From Nitrospirota bacterium (GTDB lineage Bacteria > JACPQY01): a DNA stretch of 40,030 nt. The notes below the pieces were generated by a model. The model saw only the letters and a program-made list of their open reading frames with translations, ran no database searches and was not told the origin of the DNA. Of the stretch, positions 27,588 through 35,226 are shown one piece after another. Location: the NCBI GenBank assembly GCA_016180645.1, contig JACPAV010000012.1, positions 62,001 to 102,030 of the forward strand, in the 5' to 3' direction. Position numbers and translations under genes: made by a program. Position 1 is the first letter of the stretch. Each line of letters opens with the position of its first letter.

Positions 27588-29705
27588 TCAGAAAAACAAT
27601 CCTATGGCAATCCCTGCCATGATCGCCGCGCCGAGGGTGAGGGCGATGAGACCGATGACGCGCGCCCTGCGGATTTCGTCAGGCGTCGGCGGCGCCACCA
27701 ACACATCGCCAGGAATCCCCCCTTCCGTCAGCCGGGCGTACTCCACCGGTCGCTCCGCCTTCAGCCGTTCCAAGGAAATCTTTCCGGTGAAGATCGTGTC
27801 ATCCATCGGGAAAACGTCCGGCCTGAGATGGGCAACAAAATAGTGGAAGAGAACCACGTAAGACACGGCCAGGAACGCTTCATACGTGTGGACCACTTGG
27901 GCCGCGTTGATGACCCATCCCGGCATGAACCGCGTGGCCACTTCCGGAAACCAAAGGACAAGCCCGGAGAGTGTGATGACCGGCACGCCCCAGAGTTCCG
28001 CGAGGTATTCGATCTTCTCCCAGTAGGCCCACCGGTCCAGCGCCGGGGCCGGGCCGCGGTAAACGAACCACTTGAGATTCGCCCGGAAGTCCTCCAGGTC
28101 TTTGAGTCTTGGAACCATGGATTGCCATCCCCACAGAATGCCCCAGTCCTTCCTCCGGAAGAGGCGGTTGGCCAGATAGACGAAGTGAACAAGGGTGTAG
28201 ACGACCGAAATTACGGCTGAGGCGCGGTGGATCCATCGCATCGTCTCGATGCCTCCGAGCACCAGCGTGACGAACTGCGCCCACGCCGTCCCGCTGAACT
28301 TGATGGAGAAGCCCGTTAGGGCCAGCGTGAGGAAGCTGACGATCATCGCGCCATGGACCCAGCGATGCACGCGGTTGAATCGGACGACGTAGTGCGTGGC
28401 CGGCCTCGATTGATCGGCGTCGAATTCCCCTCTCCAATGTCCAATCCATGCTCGTTGCGCCCACAGGAGGTAATGGATTGCGAAAAATCCCAGCGTCCCC
28501 GAAACGAGAACGACGAAGAAGAGCCATACCCAGTGGACATAGCGGTTCGCCTCGGGACTGGAGGGGACGGAGTGGGGGTCGTAAGTGATATAGGAGGCCG
28601 TCACCTTCTCGTGGCATTCACCGCAGGTCTTCTGAAGATTCGCCGGGTGGATGGAGGATCGCGGATCGTCGGCCGGGAGATTGTGATGGGGGGTGTGGCA
28701 ATCCGAACATTTCGCGGTGGCGACGTAGCCGAGCGAATACATCTGGCCGTGGACGTTGTCCTTGAACGTCGGGGCCTCGTCCTCGTGGCACTCTCCGCAT
28801 TCCTTGGCGATGCCGAGCTGAAACTTCCGGCTCGCCGGTTCCTGGATTCCGTGGGCGGTGTGGCAGGTAATGCAGACGGGTCCCGAATCGTCGTGGTCCG
28901 CCCACAGTTCCCCGTGCGCGCTCTCCTTGAAGGTCGTCAGGATTTTCTCGTGGCATCCGGCGCAGGTCACCGGCACGTTCCAGGGATGGACTTTCGAGTG
29001 TTCGTCGTCTTTGCTGAAAATCGCATGGTTTCCGTGGCAATCCGTGCATACGGCGGAAACGAGGAGGCCGCTGACTTCCACGCCCCGGCCGTGAACGCTT
29101 TTCCGATAGCGCTGGATGAAGGAGGGCTTGGGCAGTTCGTGTCCCTCGGTGAGGGCTTCGTCTTCGTGACATTTGGCGCAGGTGTCGGCCAGATTGAAGC
29201 GATTGATTTTGGAATCGTGATCCTTGTCCGGGTAGATGTCGTGCTCGCCGTGACAACTCGAACACGTCGGCGCCTCTTCGTCGCCGTCCCGCGCCGCCTC
29301 CGCGTGGACGCTTTGGTCATAGTCCTTCGCCGATTTCTTGTGGCAGGCGACGCAGTTGACCGCATCGAGCGTGACGTCCTCTTCGTCGTGATCGTCCTTT
29401 ACCTCGGCATCCCCATGGCACTTGATGCAGGTCTGTTTCTTGTGGACGGAGCGTTTGAGGACCGCGGTGTCGACGGTGGGCTCCTCTTCCGCGTGGCATT
29501 CGAGGCAGTCTCGGTCGGATGACCAAGCGGCGCCCGCCAATAATAAGAGCGGGACGAGCGTCAAGAGGACGCGCTGGATCCCCTTCGTCGTAGCGCCCGG
29601 TTTTACACCGGGCGTTGAACCGTCCGGCATGAAGCCGGACGCTACGAGGAAACCGGTGGCACGAACAACCATAGGAAACATCGGGCGGGATAGGGCGCGA
29701 CGCAC
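27588..29705 (-). CDS. Multiheme cytochrome c fused to a cytochrome b membrane domain (CbcL-like)
   Basis: 11 CxxCH, then RFNRVHRWVH..LALTG, WIHR, YWEKIEY, VHTYEAFLA..HYFVAH; start codon uncertain. Confidence 0.9.
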   Translation of the reverse strand: MRRALSRPMFPMVVRATGFLVASGFMPDGSTPGVKPGATTKGIQRVLLTLVPLLLLAGAAWSSDRDCLECHAEEEPTVDTAVLKRSVHKKQTCIKCHGDAEVKDDHDEEDVTLDAVNCVACHKKSAKDYDQSVHAEAARDGDEEAPTCSSCHGEHDIYPDKDHDSKINRFNLADTCAKCHEDEALTEGHELPKPSFIQRYRKSVHGRGVEVSGLLVSAVCTDCHGNHAIFSKDDEHSKVHPWNVPVTCAGCHEKILTTFKESAHGELWADHDDSGPVCITCHTAHGIQEPASRKFQLGIAKECGECHEDEAPTFKDNVHGQMYSLGYVATAKCSDCHTPHHNLPADDPRSSIHPANLQKTCGECHEKVTASYITYDPHSVPSSPEANRYVHWVWLFFVVLVSGTLGFFAIHYLLWAQRAWIGHWRGEFDADQSRPATHYVVRFNRVHRWVHGAMIVSFLTLALTGFSIKFSGTAWAQFVTLVLGGIETMRWIHRASAVISVVYTLVHFVYLANRLFRRKDWGILWGWQSMVPRLKDLEDFRANLKWFVYRGPAPALDRWAYWEKIEYLAELWGVPVITLSGLVLWFPEVATRFMPGWVINAAQVVHTYEAFLAVSYVVLFHYFVAHLRPDVFPMDDTIFTGKISLERLKAERPVEYARLTEGGIPGDVLVAPPTPDEIRRARVIGLIALTLGAAIMAGIAIGLFF
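29590..29645. repeat. GTAG REP doublet inside the 5' part of the CbcL-like ORF
   Basis: GTAGCGCCCGGTTTTACACCGGGCG-ttgaac-CGTCCGGCATGAAGCCGGACGCTAC. Confidence 0.82.
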
Positions 29706-29715
29706 TCCAGCGGCG

Positions 29716-30966
29716 TCACTTCCTTCGCCACCGGCGGATCAGGCCCACCGCGAGGAGGGCGCTGACGACGAACAACCCTCCGACGGTCACACCGATCAAG
29801 AGAAAAACCACGGCCGGGCTTTCCGGTTTCTTGAGGATCACGCGTTCGGTGAACCGGACGGAACCCTCGACGAGCGCTCTTAGTTCCTCGAGTTGCACTT
29901 GAACGCGTGTGACATCCAGCGAATGGGTGGCTCGCAGGACCTTGAGCCTCGCCTCACGCACCCTTCCGGATTCGCCTTCGAGGAACCGAACGGCTTCCGG
30001 TTTGCCCCGGTGTTGTTCCAGTGCCTTGTCGAACCGCGCACCGAGGGCCTCGGCCTCATCGGCCGATGTCTGAAGATCTTTCGCCAGCCGGAGGACCTTT
30101 TCCTCGTCTTCGTCGTGGCACGATTGGCAATTGCCCTCCTGGTCGCCGTTCCCCGTAAAGAGCCCCGCGGGCGGGATGGTGTTCTTGTGGTTGCCGTGGC
30201 AGTCCGTGCATTCGGGCTCGTCGAATTGGATGAGCGCGGCGCGGTGTTCGCTTTCACGCAGGTATCGCGCGACCTCACGGTGGCAGCTCCCGCAGACCAT
30301 GGGGACTTGCGAAACCTCGGCCGGCCGCGCGCCGTGGGTGCCGTGGCAATCCACGCACACGGGAACATCATCGGCCTTCGGGGAGGCGCGCTTGCCGAAG
30401 AGGATCTCGCCGTGGATTCCCTCCTTGTACTCTTCGACCTGATCCGTGTGCCCTTTGTAGGGTTTCATCTTCTTCGCGTTGGAGTGGCATTCGCCGCACA
30501 TGTCGGGGACGTTCATCTTGAAAACACGGGACTTCGGATTGTCCTTCGAAACGATATCGTGGACTCCGTGACAGGAGGTGCAGATGGCCACGCGCGTATC
30601 CCCCTTGGCGAGGAGTTCTCCATGGCGGCTGGTGCGGTACTCGGAAAGGACGTGGGTGTCCACCCGATAGAACTTCATCCGGCGGATGTCCTCGTGGCAT
30701 TCGCCGCACATCCGCACGGCTTCCGCGCGGGTGAATTTGCCCTTGAAACCCTTGGATGCGGCGTGGCCGGCCTTTTCGTCCTTCGCCCGATGATCGCCCC
30801 CGTGGCATCCGCTGCAACTTACGTCCGAGTCGAAATGGATACCGGCCCGGTGTTCGATGTTGGCTTTCGGAGTGGCTGTGTCGTGGCAGGTGAGGCACTC
30901 ATCCGGCCCCCCGGGATCGGGCGACAGCAACAGCGAAAACAGGACTACACCGGTCCATGATGCCAT
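29716..30966 (-). CDS. Nonaheme cytochrome c with a C-terminal membrane anchor
   Basis: Signal peptide, 9 CxxCH, helical stalk, TM helix followed by RRWRRK; RBS GGAGG. Confidence 0.92.
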   Translation of the reverse strand: MASWTGVVLFSLLLSPDPGGPDECLTCHDTATPKANIEHRAGIHFDSDVSCSGCHGGDHRAKDEKAGHAASKGFKGKFTRAEAVRMCGECHEDIRRMKFYRVDTHVLSEYRTSRHGELLAKGDTRVAICTSCHGVHDIVSKDNPKSRVFKMNVPDMCGECHSNAKKMKPYKGHTDQVEEYKEGIHGEILFGKRASPKADDVPVCVDCHGTHGARPAEVSQVPMVCGSCHREVARYLRESEHRAALIQFDEPECTDCHGNHKNTIPPAGLFTGNGDQEGNCQSCHDEDEEKVLRLAKDLQTSADEAEALGARFDKALEQHRGKPEAVRFLEGESGRVREARLKVLRATHSLDVTRVQVQLEELRALVEGSVRFTERVILKKPESPAVVFLLIGVTVGGLFVVSALLAVGLIRRWRRK

Positions 30967-31139
30967 AAGCTATTCCTCCAGTTTGTGTCGACAGACGTGT
31001 CCGGGCAAGAATGGGCACTTCCAAATCACTGCTGGGCAAGGGTAGCTTTCATCCTCGATTTCCACACTGACTTTGGTCAACCCGAAACAGGACTTAGGAT
31101 CCGTTTGAAAACCCCATCATTGCCGGGGCGCATCTCTTG

Positions 31140-31262
31140 GTAGGCGCACCCCCATGCCGAGGACGGTATGGGGCCATGAGATGTCGCCGTGCCACGGATG
31201 GCACGGCATGTCACATGGCCTTTAGGGTGCGTTTTCGGACGCAGGCTAAAGCCTGCGGCTAC
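31140..31262. repeat. GTAG REP doublet; the left REP is interrupted by the 67-bp element
   Basis: GTAGGCGCACCC[insert+CC]TTTAGGGTGCG ... CGCAGGCTAAAGCCTGCGGCTAC. Confidence 0.82.
31152..31218 (+). mobile_element. 67-bp structured miniature insertion element, copy A
   Basis: CCATG...CATGG ends, flanked by CC on both sides; 53/67 identical to copy B without gaps; removing it restores a perfect REP hairpin. Confidence 0.75.
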
Positions 31263-31452
31263 CGGTCCAGTGCGTTTTCAAACGAGGCCTGGTGCGGATT
31301 CGAGGCAATCTCATAGCCCCGCTGGAAAGACGATCTTTTCCTTGATGGCCGTCATCACACGGGTTTTCAGGCTTTGGCATAGTGCTGCACAAATGCGTCA
31401 GCAGTGCCACTGCTCTGATTCGATATCGCACGCACATTCCATGCGTGAATAC

Positions 31453-31508
31453 GTAGGGGAGGGTGTCTACACCCTCCCAATCGGGAGCATCTGAAGATGC
31501 TCCCCCAC
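31453..31508. repeat. GTAG/GTGG REP doublet upstream of the molybdoenzyme RBS
   Basis: GTAGGGGAGGGTGTCTACACCCTCCC-aatc-GGGAGCATCTGAAGATGCTCCCCCAC. Confidence 0.85.
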
Positions 31509-31534
31509 GAACACGTAGAAACGAGGAGGTTCGC

Positions 31535-34204
31535 ATGAAGCAACAGATAACCCGAAGAGATTTCATGGCGACAACCGCCGCCGGCTTGGGCAGTTTCCTC
31601 GTTCTGGAAACCCTTCAGAGTTGCGACGGTGGCGGGAAAAAGGAAGAAATCTGGAAGACACCCCCGGACCTTCACGCCGCCTACCCGATCGAGTTCACGG
31701 AGGAGACGAAGTACACGAGCTGCTGGATCGGCAAACAGGATTGCGGGATGACGGCGCGCGTTCTCACGCAAACGATCGGGGACCGGGAAGTCAAGAGGAT
31801 CGTCAAGTTCGAAGGAAATCCTGACAACCCACGAAACAACGGCACGCTCTGTCCGAAGGGTTTCGCGCAGCTTCAGGGTATCTACGACTACAACCGCGTG
31901 AAAACCCCCCTCAAGCGAACCAATGCCAAGGGAGAAGCCGGCGCGTTCGTCCAGATCAGTTGGGACGAGGCCCTGAACACCGTGGCGGACAAGCTGAAAG
32001 CCGCCAAGAGCGCCTCTTCCTATGTCTTGTGGCAGAAAGGGCGGAGCAAGTCGGAGCCTCTGTATGACGGCGCGTTCATCAATGCGATGAAGGAGGCGGG
32101 CTACAAGAATTACAAGATCGGCCACGGGGCCTACTGCTCGGATAGCGGCTATCGCGCGGCGGAGTATACGATCGGCTACCATGGCGTGTACCACCCCGAT
32201 TTCAAGAACACCAAGTACCTCCTCTCCTGGGGATGGAACCTCACGAGCGCCGGCGGGAACAAGTTCTGCTTCATCACGTGGCCGCAGGAATTCGTGAAAG
32301 CCCGGGCCAACGGAATGAAGGTGGTGGCGCTCGATCCGTTCCGCCGGGGAACCGGCCCGCACGCGGACGAGTGGATCCCCAACAAGCCGGGCACGGACCT
32401 CGCCTTCTTCCTCGGCCTCCAGCACTACCTCGTCACGAACGGCCACCTGGACAAGGACTATCTCAAGACCTACACCAACGCCCCGTACCTCGTGAAAGAC
32501 GATGGCACGGTGGCGAAGGTTACGACCACCGCCTCTGACGGCACCCAGACGTCGAAGGAATTGGTCTGGGACACGAAAACGAGCGCGGCCGTCGCCTACG
32601 ACACCGCGGGCATCGACCCAGTGCTCGACGGCTCCTACACGGTGGACGGCGCAACCGTCAAGCCCGCCCTTGAAAGGATGAAAGACCACCTGACGGGCAA
32701 GGGCTACACACCCGCATGGGCGGACTCCACCTGCGATATCCCTTCTGGGACCGTTGAGCGCGTGGCCAGGGAATTGGCGTCCAACGCGAACATCGGCGGG
32801 ACGACCACGATAGACGGCATCACCCTCCCCCTTCGCCCCTCCGCGATGATGGCCTACCATGTGACCCAGCAGGAACTTGGGATGCCCGCCGGCCGCGCGG
32901 CCATCATGGTGTTCATGCTCCTGGGCGCCGTGGGCGTGCCGGGGGGAACCCAAATAGACATCGGAGCGACGGCCCTGCATGAGAACTACAAGAAATTGGA
33001 CGAAGCCGGCATCAAGGACGGCCCCTACAACTGGGATCTCAGCGGCAGCAAGTTCTTCCCCATCAAGACCACGAATCCATCCTTCCTGGCAAACATCTGG
33101 CTTAACCCGTCCAAGTACGGTGTGAACGAGGCGACGCTCCCGAAGGTCGCGATCTTCCACATGAACAACGGCGCCGTGTCGTTCGCGGACAGCAAGACGA
33201 TTCGAGAGGCGTGGAAGAGGATCGAGTTCGTGGTGGACATCAACCCGTGGCTCTCCGATACGGCGAGTCTCTTTGCGGACGTCATCCTACCCGCGGCCAC
33301 CATCGAGAAATACGAGGGACCGGGCAGCGGCAAGGCGCTCTATGAGAAGGCCGATTCCCTCCGAATGCCCCCGATCCCGGCGCTGTGGGAGTCCCGCGGC
33401 GAGATGGAGATCTACATCGACATCGCCGACCGGGCCGGGTTCCTCACGGGCGACAAGGGCCTTGTCGCACAGCTCAACAAGGAGCTGTCGCTCTCGGGCA
33501 ACAAGATGGATGTGAGCTCCAAACCCACCGTGCGGGACATGTTCGATCGCTGGGCGAAGGACAAGCTCGGCAAGGCGGACGGCATCGCCTACCTTGAGCA
33601 GCACGGCAACACCGGGCGCAAGGCGATCTCGGCGAAAGACGCCTATCCCGCCGCCCAAAGCTATGCGGGAGCGAAGCACCGCCTGTACGGCGAGTCGCTC
33701 CTCAAGTACCAGACCACGATGAAGGGAAAAGGCGTGGAAGCGATCTACTACCAGGACTACACGGCGTTCCCCACGTGGAGGGCGCCGACGATGTATTCCT
33801 CGCCGGGCACGTATGATCTTCACTTGATCAGTTACAAGAAGATCGAGCACAAGCAGAGCCGGTCGAGCTTCGTGCCCTTGCTCGCCGAGCTCGCGCCCAA
33901 ACAGGGTCTGGTCATCAATTCCGCAACGGCGAAGGCGAAAGGCATTGCCGAGGGTGATGCCGTGACCGTGACCAGCCACAATGCCGTTACGGGCGAGACG
34001 CGGTCGATCAGGACCGCCGCCCGCCTCGTCGAGAGTATCCGCCCGGACACGGTGGCCCTGTCGCACCATTACGGGATAACGACGCACCCCAACGCGAAGG
34101 ACCAGGGGCCCACGCCAAACGAGCTCTTCTTCACGAGCGAGGGCTACGTCCAGTGCACGATGGATGCGTCCTTCCAGGTGAAGGTCGGCGTCTCCAAAGC
34201 GTAA
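31535..34204 (+). CDS. Tat-exported lipoprotein DMSO-reductase-family molybdopterin catalytic subunit, Arr/Arx-like
   Basis: RBS GAGGAGG; ITRRDFM twin-arginine, LQSC lipobox; CWIGKQDC..GTLCPKG; ISWDEAL; KGRSK; GHGAYCSD; KPGTDLA; SDTASLFADVILPAA; IRPDTV. Confidence 0.9.
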   Translation: MKQQITRRDFMATTAAGLGSFLVLETLQSCDGGGKKEEIWKTPPDLHAAYPIEFTEETKYTSCWIGKQDCGMTARVLTQTIGDREVKRIVKFEGNPDNPRNNGTLCPKGFAQLQGIYDYNRVKTPLKRTNAKGEAGAFVQISWDEALNTVADKLKAAKSASSYVLWQKGRSKSEPLYDGAFINAMKEAGYKNYKIGHGAYCSDSGYRAAEYTIGYHGVYHPDFKNTKYLLSWGWNLTSAGGNKFCFITWPQEFVKARANGMKVVALDPFRRGTGPHADEWIPNKPGTDLAFFLGLQHYLVTNGHLDKDYLKTYTNAPYLVKDDGTVAKVTTTASDGTQTSKELVWDTKTSAAVAYDTAGIDPVLDGSYTVDGATVKPALERMKDHLTGKGYTPAWADSTCDIPSGTVERVARELASNANIGGTTTIDGITLPLRPSAMMAYHVTQQELGMPAGRAAIMVFMLLGAVGVPGGTQIDIGATALHENYKKLDEAGIKDGPYNWDLSGSKFFPIKTTNPSFLANIWLNPSKYGVNEATLPKVAIFHMNNGAVSFADSKTIREAWKRIEFVVDINPWLSDTASLFADVILPAATIEKYEGPGSGKALYEKADSLRMPPIPALWESRGEMEIYIDIADRAGFLTGDKGLVAQLNKELSLSGNKMDVSSKPTVRDMFDRWAKDKLGKADGIAYLEQHGNTGRKAISAKDAYPAAQSYAGAKHRLYGESLLKYQTTMKGKGVEAIYYQDYTAFPTWRAPTMYSSPGTYDLHLISYKKIEHKQSRSSFVPLLAELAPKQGLVINSATAKAKGIAEGDAVTVTSHNAVTGETRSIRTAARLVESIRPDTVALSHHYGITTHPNAKDQGPTPNELFFTSEGYVQCTMDASFQVKVGVSKA

Positions 34205-34218
34205 GGAGGTAACGAACC

Positions 34219-35034
34219 ATGGCACGATACGGAATGGTCATCGATCTCTCAAAATGCATGGGCTGCCGCGCCTGTATGGAGGCGTGCAAGACGGAGAACG
34301 GAACGCCCCTCGGCCACTTCTTCATGTACACGTTCCGATGGGAAGAGGGAACGTATCCGAGTTCCACGATCCGTTTTCTGCCTCGCCCGTGCAACCATTG
34401 CGACAACCCGCCCTGCGTGAAGGCCTGCCCCTACGATGCGCGGATCAAGTGGAAGGGCGGGCTCGTTCTCACCGACGTGGACAATTGCCGCGGCGTGCGT
34501 TACTGCGAACAGGCCTGTCCCTATGGCGTGAACTATTTCAACGCCAAGAAGCCCGAGGAGAACTACGGGCTTGATTACGGCCACGCGGACCTTGCAAGCA
34601 CCACCGGTGGCGCCGTCCCGCCGTATTGGAAACCGGAACTGGAGAAGGCGTACTCCTGGGACGAGGATCCCAAGAAAAAAATAGAACGGCGCGTGGCAGG
34701 CGCGGGACACCGCGAGAACACCGTCGGGAAATGCACCTTCTGCGTCCACCGTCTGGAGAACGGCATCACGAAAACGGCCTGCCAACAGGCCTGCCCCGTC
34801 GGTGCGATCATCTTCGGCGATCTGGACGACGCCGGCAGCGACGTGGCCAAGGCCTTGGCCTCGCGCAAATCGGAAACGTTCCGCCTCAAGGACGTGGCCC
34901 AGACCGAGCCCAAGGTCTACTTCATCGGCAAAGCCCCGGCCGCCGCGGCTCACCTCATTGAGCAGATTCCCATTCCGGCCGACGTTCAGAAACTGGGCAA
35001 GACCGAATACGAAGGGGGTACGATCCCCTGGTAA
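34219..35034 (+). CDS. Four-cluster Fe-S subunit (DmsB/ArrB-like)
   Basis: RBS AAGGAGG; MARYGMVIDLSKCMGCRACMEAC, CNHCDNPPCVKAC, CRGVRYCEQAC, KCTFC..ACQQAC. Confidence 0.93.
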   Translation: MARYGMVIDLSKCMGCRACMEACKTENGTPLGHFFMYTFRWEEGTYPSSTIRFLPRPCNHCDNPPCVKACPYDARIKWKGGLVLTDVDNCRGVRYCEQACPYGVNYFNAKKPEENYGLDYGHADLASTTGGAVPPYWKPELEKAYSWDEDPKKKIERRVAGAGHRENTVGKCTFCVHRLENGITKTACQQACPVGAIIFGDLDDAGSDVAKALASRKSETFRLKDVAQTEPKVYFIGKAPAAAAHLIEQIPIPADVQKLGKTEYEGGTIPW

Positions 35035-35100
35035 CAAGCCCACCCCCACGGGGATCCTCCCCCACGAGGGGCCATTCCTTCGTAGAAAGCGAAGCATCCC

Positions 35101-35226
35101 GTAGGGGAGCAGCTTTAGCTGCTCCCCAGAAGGGAGGACCCCGTGCCACGGAGGGCACGGGGCCATGCAATGTCGCCGCGCCAGGGGTGGCGCGGCATGG
35201 AACATGGCCTGAAGGTTCCCCCCTAC
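35101..35226. repeat. GTAG REP doublet; the right REP is interrupted by the 67-bp element
   Basis: GTAGGGGAGCAGCTTTAGCTGCTCCCC..GGGAGGACC[insert+CC]TGAAGGTTCCCCCCTAC; 57 bp without the insert. Confidence 0.82.
35141..35207 (+). mobile_element. 67-bp structured miniature insertion element, copy B
   Basis: CCGTG...CATGG ends, flanked by CC on both sides; same length and fold as copy A. Confidence 0.75.

Noticed and set aside
31375-31389. Sigma54 -24/-12 promoter
   Set aside because: Spacing is GG-N9-GC, not N10, and the local activator lacks GAFTGA.
30967-31534. Moco or c-di-GMP riboswitch in the divergent leader
   Set aside because: I could not match either consensus; the visible structure is explained by REPs and the 67-bp element. 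An Rfam scan would settle it.
31367-33160. 597-aa minus-strand ORF and similar long antisense ORFs (e.g. 26232-27545, 37038-38258)
   Set aside because: Antisense shadows expected from high-GC codon bias; no recognisable motifs.
31535-34204. Naming the gene arrA, arxA or aioA
   Set aside because: The Fe-S and active-site motifs differ from all three and there is no Rieske subunit; a phylogeny is needed.
35130-35145. AAGGGAGGA + GTG 35143 as the torD start
   Set aside because: Out of frame with the chaperone; the purine run is a REP arm and the GTG is part of the inserted element.
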